Shown: in pieces, positions 8,545 through 16,841 of the stretch | Layout of the letters: each line of letters starts with the position of its first letter | Position numbering within the stretch: the first letter of the stretch is position 1 | DNA from: a virus | Lineage: Duplodnaviria > Caudoviricetes | Length of the DNA: 64,000 nt | Virus record (IMG/VR): IMGVR_UViG_3300027753_000007 | Location: 13,056 to 77,055 of that record | Direction: 5' to 3' (one strand) | Notes under the pieces: model-generated | Databases searched by the model: none | What the model was told of the DNA's origin: nothing | What the model saw: only the letters and a program-made list of their open reading frames with translations | Program-made: the position numbers and the translations under genes

Positions 8545-8751
8545 TTAGTCCAAAATCACCGCGTTATCGAGGTTACTCAGCTTGTAATGCCTGTTGACAT
8601 TTTCCTGACCAGCAACATACACGTTGCCTGCTTCGATTTTAGACACGGTTCGGAACACCAGACCAGGAGCAAACGATCCCATTGCCTTTGCAACAACAAG
8701 TTCCTGACCCACTTCAAACTTACGTCCGCGCTTATCAACCAACTTAGTCAT
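8545..8751 (-). CDS. Small hypothetical protein
   Basis: 68-aa ORF with AAGGAG RBS. Confidence 0.65.
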   Translation of the reverse strand: MTKLVDKRGRKFEVGQELVVAKAMGSFAPGLVFRTVSKIEAGNVYVAGQENVNRHYKLSNLDNAVILD

Positions 8752-8762
8752 CTTCGTTCTCC

Positions 8763-9845
8763 TTAGGCCGCAGCCAGTTCACGTTTTGCAATAGTCTTAC
8801 GGATCAGACCGTTCTTGCTGAGAAGAGTCTCGTCAGCAATCTCAGCCCACGCACCCTTAGTCGAGGCAATCATTGCCAGGTCTGCAACCTTCAACACGGT
8901 ACGCAGTGACAGTTCGTGCAAGTAGTCCACGTTTTCGTACACGTAGTCAACCACATCCTGCTTCTGAGCCTCAGTCAAGTTATGCTTATTAAGCATGCCA
9001 GCACCAACCACGTGCTTCACACGCAAGAGCTTCTCGCGCAAAGAGTCGATACGCAAGTCCATGTAATGTACACGCGACATGATCGCTTCCAAGTGACCAG
9101 CGATCTTTGCGCTACGGCAATGATCGAATTTCGTGTTGGTCAGGAAGATGATCGAACCTTCGTAAACAAACGAGGTCGGGATGGGGTCGCCACCTTCGTC
9201 TTTGAACACGCGATCCTTCATCCAGCAGATGCGGCGCTTGGGCTTGGTGTCCATTGCAGCCTTCAGCATGTTCAGTTGCAACTCGTCCCAAAAGGCGCTG
9301 TCGCAATCATCAAACACTAGTACCTGGCCAGCCTTCTTGTTCTCGTAAAGCTTCTTGTAAAGACCAGGGGCAGACGTGCCGCCAGTCACTAGCTCGTAAT
9401 GCTCGGGCTCCTGACGGATCACGCGCATCATGTTCTTCTTCTCCAGCGTCTTCTCAACGCCGTAGGACTTGCCGATACCAGCAGGACCAGAAATCACCAG
9501 ACCGAGGATCTTGCCGTCTTGTGCGGCAGCGGTCATAGTGTCTACGAAGCTAAAGGTCTTCTCAAAGCGATTGATGATTTCCTCATCAGTCTCTTCAAAT
9601 TCTTCTACGACCTTGTCCTTGCCCTTCGGGGCATGGTACTCGCCGGCCAGCTCGCCGAACATCTCAAAGTCATCTTGTGCGACCTTGACCCGAGCCTTGT
9701 CACCAGCGCCTTCAATCGAACCATCATTCACAACAGTAACAAAGCCGCCGTTGACGCCCAGCTTCCATTCTTTAGCAAGCTCAAAAAGCCCTTCAACGGG
9801 CTGGTTGCGGTACGTGCCATTAGTGATCTTAATCTGTACAGTCAT
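8763..9845 (-). CDS. AAA+ family P-loop ATPase
   Basis: ISGPAGIGKS Walker A, VLVFDDCD Walker B, IFLTN sensor, AIMSR arginine finger. Confidence 0.85.
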   Translation of the reverse strand: MTVQIKITNGTYRNQPVEGLFELAKEWKLGVNGGFVTVVNDGSIEGAGDKARVKVAQDDFEMFGELAGEYHAPKGKDKVVEEFEETDEEIINRFEKTFSFVDTMTAAAQDGKILGLVISGPAGIGKSYGVEKTLEKKNMMRVIRQEPEHYELVTGGTSAPGLYKKLYENKKAGQVLVFDDCDSAFWDELQLNMLKAAMDTKPKRRICWMKDRVFKDEGGDPIPTSFVYEGSIIFLTNTKFDHCRSAKIAGHLEAIMSRVHYMDLRIDSLREKLLRVKHVVGAGMLNKHNLTEAQKQDVVDYVYENVDYLHELSLRTVLKVADLAMIASTKGAWAEIADETLLSKNGLIRKTIAKRELAAA

Positions 9846-9880
9846 TTGTAGTCCTTTGTGTTTTGCTTCTCAGTATCATA

Positions 9881-9909
9881 ATTATATGATCTATTTGGTT
9901 GGAAGTCAA
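9881..9909 (-). promoter_or_regulatory. Sigma70-type promoter
   Basis: TTGACT-17-TATAAT. Confidence 0.8.
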
Positions 9910-9964
9910 ATCTAAAACATCTTAGAAATCAAAGACATATAAACTAATTTGGTAATTGTAAGGA

Positions 9965-10039
9965 AATCAAAGACTTACAAAACATCTTTTTCGCTCTGTA
10001 AGTCTTTGATTCTATTGCGGTTCTTGTAAGTCGTTGATT
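9965..10039. promoter_or_regulatory. Cluster of IHF-consensus boxes
   Basis: AATCAAAGACTTA at 9965 (+); reverse copies at 9999-10011 and 10027-10039; matches WATCAANNNNTTR. Confidence 0.65.
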
Positions 10040-10059
10040 TTAGATTTACTGTTTGGACA

Positions 10060-10314
10060 TTATTTTGGTAGGTTGGTATTTAGGTTGGCTAAAAAATCTT
10101 CTTTATAGCCCCTTGCGCTTGCCAGTTCCCATTCTTCTTTGTTGCTGCGCCAAACTGCTTGACCGTGGACTTTTAGCCAGCCTGTTGCTAACAATACGTC
10201 AAAGTCAAATTTTCTTAATGCATCTCTACACTCATTTAAGCCTGCGCCGGTCATCTCACGCGCAAACTTCACTTTCTCTGCCTGGCCCATGTCTTCTTTA
10301 TATGATGGTTGCAT
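10060..10314 (-). CDS. EF-Ts N-terminal (UBA-like) domain protein
   Basis: VKFAREMTGAGLNECRDAL...WLKVHG resembles EF-Ts VKELRERTGAGMMDCKKAL. Confidence 0.75.
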   Translation of the reverse strand: MQPSYKEDMGQAEKVKFAREMTGAGLNECRDALRKFDFDVLLATGWLKVHGQAVWRSNKEEWELASARGYKEDFLANLNTNLPK

Positions 10315-10765
10315 CGTCCATACCTGCTACACGTAATTTCACAATGTTGTTTAGCTGGAAGTTTTTGCTGTCTAGTGCTTTATGAAAGCCCAGCCATTGA
10401 TTACGCAACATGGCAAACTGGTTTACAATCATGGAAAGATCAACAACGTCAGGGTCACCGTCAATATACTTTTCAGCATCTCTACTGCTAAGTGCCCGTT
10501 GGTAATGTTCAATGAAGTGTCGAAACTTTTCTGATCGTTTCTTTCTTAGTTCAATGTTCAAGAATTCTAATATGGCTTCTATTTCTTGTAACTGGTTGTA
10601 GCGTAATTCAACTACGCCAGGCAACTCCGCAGAAATCCTTTCAAGGGGTTTTCCACGGAGCTGCAAGTCGTGTAGTCGAGCATCGCCCAATTCAGTTTCA
10701 AAGTAATCCATAGCATCTGGGATATGTGCCATGTCATTGCTTACTTTGTTATACCAGCCTGCCAT
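10298..10765 (-). CDS. uvsY: UvsY-like recombination mediator
   Basis: AEKYIDGD...RNQWLGFHKALDSK.FQLNNIVKLRVAG; near uvsX; start likely ATG 10765. Confidence 0.7.
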   Translation of the reverse strand: MAGWYNKVSNDMAHIPDAMDYFETELGDARLHDLQLRGKPLERISAELPGVVELRYNQLQEIEAILEFLNIELRKKRSEKFRHFIEHYQRALSSRDAEKYIDGDPDVVDLSMIVNQFAMLRNQWLGFHKALDSKNFQLNNIVKLRVAGMDDATII

Positions 10766-10766
10766 A

Positions 10767-11054
10767 TTATCGTACTCTAGCCAATCCGTTTTCCATTGCC
10801 CTAACAAACAAGAGTGCTCTCGAAGCTGTGCGCGGAACGCGCGCCTTCAATTGCATTGCTCTTGTGTTGACACCAAAGTTCTCAATTAGCAAATTATGTA
10901 GCTCAGAAATTATTGCTGGCTGCACAATTTCACCTATTAAAACTTTATCTTGCAATACAGTTGTGCGCATTTCAAGCAGTGTAGCTTTAGCACCTTCCAT
11001 ATCTTTCGCTGTTGCGTGTGTCTTTAAGTCTTCAATTAATTTATGCATTACCAA
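10767..11054 (-). CDS. Hypothetical protein
   Basis: Packed in the uvsX-uvsY operon. Confidence 0.65.
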   Translation of the reverse strand: MVMHKLIEDLKTHATAKDMEGAKATLLEMRTTVLQDKVLIGEIVQPAIISELHNLLIENFGVNTRAMQLKARVPRTASRALLFVRAMENGLARVR

Positions 11055-11272
11055 CCTCCATCCTCATCCTCGTCCTCATCCCAGGATCCGAGTCGGCTTT
11101 TAATTGCAGCCCTTAGTGCTTTATCTAGGTCTGGATGTACCTCAATGCCGTCAATGAAACCAAATTCATCGCATACTGCTATAACGGCATCTGCTGCATC
11201 CATGCGATCCTTTGCACCAATAAACGGCTTTAGTCTTGCCCATAGTTCAATGATAAATTCGTCTTCTGTCAT
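11048..11272 (-). CDS. Small acidic hypothetical protein
   Basis: ATGA overlap with the uvsX stop. Confidence 0.7.
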   Translation of the reverse strand: MTEDEFIIELWARLKPFIGAKDRMDAADAVIAVCDEFGFIDGIEVHPDLDKALRAAIKSRLGSWDEDEDEDGGW

Positions 11273-12402
11273 TCTGTCTCTTCCTCTGTTGATTCTTCTG
11301 GGTCAACATCGCTATCAGCTTCGTCTCGAGCAGTTACCTTTTCGGTTATATTATACGTTGCTGCTTTTTTAATGCTTACAAACTCTTTCATAACCTTGTC
11401 GAGACATCCACCATCATTCTTATTCCATGCCTTCTGGAACTTCTTAACTTCTACTCCATCGACAGGTGAAATATAGATGTAGCTGTTGCCTGATTTTGTT
11501 AAAATTCCCATCTCCAATAGCATATCAAACATACCGGAGTATGGATCCATGCCAGTGTCGTAAGGAATATTTATCTTAACCTGCTCAAAAGGCTTCGCAT
11601 AGCGACTCTTTGTAACTTTACATGCCGCGCGTATACCGTTCACTTTTGAAACCTTGTTGCCATCTTCGTCCAGCTTCAGTTTCAGTTTCTTCATTGCGAC
11701 TACAATGCTTGAGGCATAGATGAATCCTTGTCCACCGCTGATCTTGTCGTCAGGATCAAACATATCCTGCGAGGCGTATGTGTGATTCGTAGCAATAAAG
11801 CCAATGTTCCATTGTGCAATTCTTGCGACAGTTGCGCGAACCAATGCAGCTAGTGCCTTCGGCTTACGACCCATGTCACCTTTCATATCACCGCGTTCAA
11901 ACTGTGCTGTGTCTGTTGGAGTGGATAGCATACCTAGCGAATCAACAACAAACATAACTTTTGGTCGGTCTGCTTGGTCAACGCTTGCATACTGCTCTTT
12001 GTAGTCTTTAATGAATTCATGCACGATGCTTGCAACTTCATCTACCATGCTAATACTTATACGCATTAGCTTGTCTTCGGCGGTGTCTACACCAACAGCC
12101 TTCAGCCATGCCTCATCTAGTGCATTTTCTGAGTCAAGCAATATGACAAAGATGCCTTGTGCTTGTGCGTTGCGCACAAGATTTCCTGCTGCTATGTAGC
12201 TCTTACCTGCGCCAGATTCACCAGCGAAACAGGTTACCTTACCGAGGGGGATTCCGCGGTCGAAATCGCCTGAGATAAGATAGTTTAGACAATAGTTGCC
12301 TGTACTGACCCATGTGTCGGGATCGTGAAAGCCCGCGCTAATGCCGTCAATACTTTTCGTAATATTCTTTCTAAATTTAGTAGGGTCAAATGGTCTTGAC
12401 AT
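11269..12402 (-). CDS. uvsX: UvsX/RecA-like recombinase
   Basis: FAGESGAGKS Walker A, LDSENALD, VVDSLGML, GDMGRKPK, ISGGQG. Confidence 0.93.
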   Translation of the reverse strand: MSRPFDPTKFRKNITKSIDGISAGFHDPDTWVSTGNYCLNYLISGDFDRGIPLGKVTCFAGESGAGKSYIAAGNLVRNAQAQGIFVILLDSENALDEAWLKAVGVDTAEDKLMRISISMVDEVASIVHEFIKDYKEQYASVDQADRPKVMFVVDSLGMLSTPTDTAQFERGDMKGDMGRKPKALAALVRATVARIAQWNIGFIATNHTYASQDMFDPDDKISGGQGFIYASSIVVAMKKLKLKLDEDGNKVSKVNGIRAACKVTKSRYAKPFEQVKINIPYDTGMDPYSGMFDMLLEMGILTKSGNSYIYISPVDGVEVKKFQKAWNKNDGGCLDKVMKEFVSIKKAATYNITEKVTARDEADSDVDPEESTEEETE

Positions 12403-12423
12403 GATATAATTCTCCTGTAATAA

Positions 12424-12449
12424 AAGTGGGGAGGGGTTACCTCCCCACT
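12424..12449 (-). terminator. Intrinsic terminator after the SSB gene
   Basis: AGTGGGGAGG-taacc-CCTCCCCACT-TTTA on the minus strand. Confidence 0.85.
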
Positions 12450-12457
12450 ACACTCAC

Positions 12458-13438
12458 TTAGCTATTAGTCTGGCGACTCTTCAGTCGAGCTAACATATCC
12501 TTCACCTTATCGTTAGGGGCTGTTTCTGCTGGAGCCGTAGTGACTTCAGCATCTACTGCCGCTTCTGGTGCCGGGGTTACAGGAGCTGGTGCTTCTGCTG
12601 CTGGCGCTGATGCCTTTACTGGCGCAGCTGGAACAGCATCATCTTCTTTCCACTCTAGTCCGTATGGACGATAGTAATTAGCCCACTTAGCTGGATCATA
12701 CAGTTCACCGGCCAAAGACGCTTCAAACATCTCACGGATTGCATTAATGCCGTCAGCCGTTGGGCGTGCTGGCATCCAATCTTCAAGTTTGAACAAACCA
12801 AACTTTTCGAGCTGCTCTGCTTGTTCTTCGCTTAGAGCTGTTTCCTGTCGCGCCCACTTAGACGTACTGTAATCGCTGTATTCGCCTTTCTTTGTGCGCT
12901 GAATACGGAAGTCAGTACCGTTTAAGTAGTCCGTCGGTGAATTCAACATATCAGGATCACTTAGCGACTCTTTAATAATGTTAAAGATCTGTGGTCCGAT
13001 GATGAACCTACGGATTGGGTTCTCGGGAGCTGCTTCGTTTAGTGGGTCTTGGTTTACAAAGCCTTGGAAGAAATATGAACGCTTCTTCCAATAACGCCTT
13101 GCTGTTTCCTTCATCTCAGTATCATTCCACCAAGGGCGGATTTCTGCTGTTACTGGGCAAGTGTCGCCCCACATCTCTACGCATGGTACTTTAATGGTGA
13201 TAGACCTATTCTCGTCTCCACCCTTCACACCTGCGAATGTGAGATTAATCAACTGCCTTTCCTTCCAGAAAAAGACGTTATCTGGATCGGCATCAGGTAG
13301 CAAACGAACGCTTACGCTTTCGCCGACTGGGATGTTCCAAAAGGGGTATGTCAAGGAAGGTTCGTTACTCCGGGCTCCGCCTGCCCTCTTATCTTCCATT
13401 TGCTTTAACTTCGCGCGGATTTCTTCTAATGTTGCCAT
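12458..13438 (-). CDS. 32: Single-stranded DNA-binding protein, T4 gp32-like
   Basis: MATLEEIRAKL, VRLLPD, CPV..EIRPW, YWKKRSY, IRRFIIGPQIF, YSDYSTSKW; Ala/Pro tail. Confidence 0.9.
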   Translation of the reverse strand: MATLEEIRAKLKQMEDKRAGGARSNEPSLTYPFWNIPVGESVSVRLLPDADPDNVFFWKERQLINLTFAGVKGGDENRSITIKVPCVEMWGDTCPVTAEIRPWWNDTEMKETARRYWKKRSYFFQGFVNQDPLNEAAPENPIRRFIIGPQIFNIIKESLSDPDMLNSPTDYLNGTDFRIQRTKKGEYSDYSTSKWARQETALSEEQAEQLEKFGLFKLEDWMPARPTADGINAIREMFEASLAGELYDPAKWANYYRPYGLEWKEDDAVPAAPVKASAPAAEAPAPVTPAPEAAVDAEVTTAPAETAPNDKVKDMLARLKSRQTNS

Positions 13439-13547
13439 GATTGGTATTCTCCTATTTATATTTCCAAAATGCGTTCCTTGGGTGCCCTACAACAACTGCA
13501 TTATGTCTGTTGCAAGTTTTTTAGGTTACTGTATAACGCATTGCACT

Positions 13548-13576
13548 ATTATACTATACCCTAAGCAGTTTGTCAA
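13548..13576 (-). promoter_or_regulatory. Sigma70-type promoter for ssb-uvsX-uvsY
   Basis: TTGACA-17-TATAAT. Confidence 0.85.
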
Positions 13577-13639
13577 CAATAAATTCATGTTTTTAAAAGA
13601 ATTATTATCAACTGTTTTATTTATCACTCACAGAATAAT

Positions 13640-13659
13640 AAGGCCGTAAAAACGGCCTT
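13640..13659 (-). terminator. Hairpin terminator
   Basis: AAGGCCGT-aaaa-ACGGCCTT. Confidence 0.75.
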
Positions 13660-13685
13660 AAAAGTATAGTTTTATTTTTAGTCTT

Positions 13686-13820
13686 TTAAAAGAATAAATT
13701 CCAAAGTTGATCTATAATTACACCGCTTACAAAAGAAACACCAAAATACTTCTTTGCCCATGCCCATAATATAGCTTGTCTTACTTTGATCCATGCACTC
13801 TTTACTTTATCCATGTCCAT
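13686..13820 (-). CDS. 44-aa hydrophobic protein not in the ORF track
   Basis: MDMDKVKSAWIKVRQAILWAWAKKYFGVSFVSGVIIDQLWNLFF; fills the gap between gene and terminator. Confidence 0.55.
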   Translation of the reverse strand: MDMDKVKSAWIKVRQAILWAWAKKYFGVSFVSGVIIDQLWNLFF

Positions 13821-13824
13821 AATT

Positions 13825-15144
13825 TTATTTCCTAAAAATATCGTCGGATGTATATTTGTCTAATTTTGCTGCTAGAGATTCTGTTAAACCTTCAATTACG
13901 TCACCACATTCTTCCACTTCAACTTCTGTCTCATCTTCCTCATCAACTTCCTGTGCGTTTTCTAGCACGTTCTTGATGATTGTCTTTTCAAACTTGTTTA
14001 GCTCGTTGCCTTCAATTAGCTTGCCAGCAACACGGTTCATAAACTTAGACAAGTCATTTTCGGTCACTGCGCGTTCTGCTATGCTACGTAAGCGATAGCC
14101 CATCTTTTGGATTGGGTTGTCAAACTCTAACACATCGGCTTCCGATAGTTCGGTTGTGCGCTTGACCAGGAATGGCGTCTTACTTGTCTCCACAAGCTTA
14201 TCTTTCCATGCTTGTTTCTCTACTACAAATTTCTTAACCAAGGGAAGTACCTCACTCATTTTTTCGTCAAATTTTCTAACGGTGAACAATTCTTTTAATT
14301 CATCTGTATCTTCGTCTATAGCACCTTCAGATTCTTTGATGCTTTCCTTTACGCTGTGGTATGTTTTTGCGCCAGTTAGCTTACCTAGCTGCCGTTTCAA
14401 ATCAAACACATTTTCTCTGACCAATGCTACAACGTCTTCGCTGTTCTCGTTAATAAGCTTGTTAGTCTTTGCATAACGCATAAACTCATTTAGCTTGATT
14501 AGGTTGCCTGAGGATTCAATAATGTACTGGCCGATAACGTCCTCAAACGAACCACCTTCGTGCATATGACGAGCCATTGCTCTTGCACAAGGTAGGCAGT
14601 TATGAGGGAAGCGGCGCCGCTCACCGTTCTGCTCCAGGAAGATAGCACTAATGCGACGGCTACGGGATCCGCGCACATCTTCGTCAACAGCAGTACGGTG
14701 GCGGGCCACAATCTTTACAGACTCCAAGGTCTGGTAACTGGTTTTGGTGCTGCCATACATTCTCGATAGGGCGGCTTCGCTTAATTCATCCATATCTTTA
14801 CCTTTATCTTTATATTGTTTAGCTTGGTACGCATAGTCCTTAGGCGTAATTTGCTGTCCAAAGACTTTTACTTGGGATTTCAACATATACGAAGTAGCTA
14901 GATTCTTCAATTGTTTCATTATAGAAGCAAGAGTATCTAGATCAATGTGCTTATTTTTATTAAGTTTGATTTCGCGGTTGTCTTCATCTACTGTAACCAT
15001 ATAGTTTGGTTCAGCTACAAAGAATCTGCGGGCTTCTTTGGGGTCGCTTGTCTCACGACCATCTGGTGTGAACATAACGATCTTATGACCGTGGCCCTTG
15101 ATTATAGCAAATACTTTTTCGGAAACTTTATCGTAGTTAATCAT
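13825..15144 (-). CDS. Probable virion structural protein
   Basis: 439 aa, late promoter at 15166-15172, adjacent to terminase; x-x-E motifs (LSEA, IKES). Confidence 0.6.
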   Translation of the reverse strand: MINYDKVSEKVFAIIKGHGHKIVMFTPDGRETSDPKEARRFFVAEPNYMVTVDEDNREIKLNKNKHIDLDTLASIMKQLKNLATSYMLKSQVKVFGQQITPKDYAYQAKQYKDKGKDMDELSEAALSRMYGSTKTSYQTLESVKIVARHRTAVDEDVRGSRSRRISAIFLEQNGERRRFPHNCLPCARAMARHMHEGGSFEDVIGQYIIESSGNLIKLNEFMRYAKTNKLINENSEDVVALVRENVFDLKRQLGKLTGAKTYHSVKESIKESEGAIDEDTDELKELFTVRKFDEKMSEVLPLVKKFVVEKQAWKDKLVETSKTPFLVKRTTELSEADVLEFDNPIQKMGYRLRSIAERAVTENDLSKFMNRVAGKLIEGNELNKFEKTIIKNVLENAQEVDEEDETEVEVEECGDVIEGLTESLAAKLDKYTSDDIFRK

Positions 15145-15180
15145 TTAGTGCGCTCCAATATATTGTATTTATCTATTTGG

Positions 15181-16755
15181 CTAAATAATGATGGGAAGCG
15201 GAGCCTCACCTTCCTCCTCAAACATGCCACCCACATCACCACTCATTACGGACTGTGTCTCATCGTCCCACGTAGCAATATGCTGTGCCATTCTAACCAA
15301 TATAAGCATTGCTGAGATTAGATCATCAGTTTCGCCTACGTTAGCTTTATATGTGTTGCCTGTAGCAATAAAATACTTTAGTTCGTGTATTAGATTCTTG
15401 CTATAAATCTTTAGCTTGTCTTGTTCGATCAGCGTCTTCATCTTCGTACATGCTTCAAGCTTCGTTGTGTTCGTAGTGAGATAACCTTTTCTCTTGTTTC
15501 TATTAGCAAGGTTCCTGTTTGGATCATGCATAAACGTGCCAGGGAAGCGTTCCTCACCTGTGTCACGTATAACAATCAACGCACCTTCACCTAAGCTATT
15601 TGATTCTACAGTCCAATACAATTCTGATTCTGGAGCCCGTTCGCGTATCTCTAGCAGCATAGCACGTAGCACCTTGACCTGATCTTCAATCAGTGTTTGG
15701 TTGTTTTGCCATTCCGCAACCTGCTTCATTGACGGTAACTCCAACACCTCAATAGCAGCATTATCGCCACCAGTTCCCATTGACGGATCAAGTGCGAGGC
15801 AGTATGTTTTGCCATTGCGGATCTTGTCGTACCAGCGTACTTGTCCTGTCTTCTCAATAGGATCAATGCCGCTGCCACTTAGCAACGTTAGTTTAGCGGA
15901 ACTAATGAGGGTCTCGGAGAAGGACACGAACATGCACTCATGCTCTCGTTGGAAACGTTCCTCACCAATCTTGTTGCGCTCAATGCTTGCCCATGCTTCA
16001 TCTCGATCTGGATGTGCTGTCCAGTCTGCATAGTAGCCTTTGAATCCATTTGCACCAATACCCGTGTCGTTACCAAACTGATCCAGTGTCTTTTGTGAAC
16101 CGTACCAAATCTCAGCAAACTGGTCATCGTCAACGTTTGGTGTTGAAGTGATGATACACTTACCACCTGTTGACAAAGTTGGTGAAATTGAGGTCCAGAA
16201 CTCACGCGCAATACGTGGTGGCACGAACGCAAACTCATCCAAGTACACAAGCGATAGGGACATACCACGACCAGTCTTCTCAGTAGTAGCCTGTGCCACA
16301 ATACGTGAACCGTTGTCGAATGTCATGCTGCCTTTGTTGTATTCTGATCCGCCAGCTCGTATATGGTCGGGAATTGACTCATAGCAATAACGTATACGCT
16401 GCATAATTTCACTTGCGCCGCTGCGTTGGTGTGCCGCAATGAGGATTGTTGAATCTGGGACAAACATAGCGTACCATAGCAAATAGCCTGCGGCTAGTGT
16501 CGTCTTACCAAGCTGGCGACCAATCATTGCTATGGATGATCTGTAGTTGTGGTATACTTCGCACAACTCAATTTGGTAATCGAAAGGATCGAACTTCATA
16601 CGACCTTTAGTGGCGTGCTGTATGTACATGAAGTTAGACATAAAGTACATAGGACCATTTAACGGGTCACTACATTTAGCTAGTTCATCTAGCATCTCGG
16701 GCGTATAAGATACTAACGCTCCGGGTTTCTTTACAAATTTATTATCTGTGTACAT
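15181..16755 (-). CDS. 17: Terminase large subunit, T4 gp17-like
   Basis: FDYQ, GRQLGKTT Walker A, GRGMS, VYLDEFAF Walker B, LALDPSMGTGGD nuclease, ETDDLI. Confidence 0.95.
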   Translation of the reverse strand: MYTDNKFVKKPGALVSYTPEMLDELAKCSDPLNGPMYFMSNFMYIQHATKGRMKFDPFDYQIELCEVYHNYRSSIAMIGRQLGKTTLAAGYLLWYAMFVPDSTILIAAHQRSGASEIMQRIRYCYESIPDHIRAGGSEYNKGSMTFDNGSRIVAQATTEKTGRGMSLSLVYLDEFAFVPPRIAREFWTSISPTLSTGGKCIITSTPNVDDDQFAEIWYGSQKTLDQFGNDTGIGANGFKGYYADWTAHPDRDEAWASIERNKIGEERFQREHECMFVSFSETLISSAKLTLLSGSGIDPIEKTGQVRWYDKIRNGKTYCLALDPSMGTGGDNAAIEVLELPSMKQVAEWQNNQTLIEDQVKVLRAMLLEIRERAPESELYWTVESNSLGEGALIVIRDTGEERFPGTFMHDPNRNLANRNKRKGYLTTNTTKLEACTKMKTLIEQDKLKIYSKNLIHELKYFIATGNTYKANVGETDDLISAMLILVRMAQHIATWDDETQSVMSGDVGGMFEEEGEAPLPIII

Positions 16756-16760
16756 AATAG

Positions 16761-16767
16761 TATTTAT
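16761..16767 (-). promoter_or_regulatory. T4-type late promoter (ATAAATA)
   Basis: Motif recurs before late genes at 15166, 16761, 19104, 19612, 22457, 25417, 26279, 27842, 49498, 55722, 63520 (minus) and 49514 (plus). Confidence 0.8.
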
Positions 16768-16794
16768 CTAAAAAGAAACACACCTTTCATAATA

Positions 16795-16822
16795 AAGAAA
16801 GGGGCATTGCCCCTTTCTTTTT
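16795..16822 (-). terminator. Intrinsic terminator
   Basis: AAAGAAAGGGGC-att-GCCCCTTTCTTT. Confidence 0.8.
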
Positions 16823-16841
16823 GATACGCTCACATAATTTG

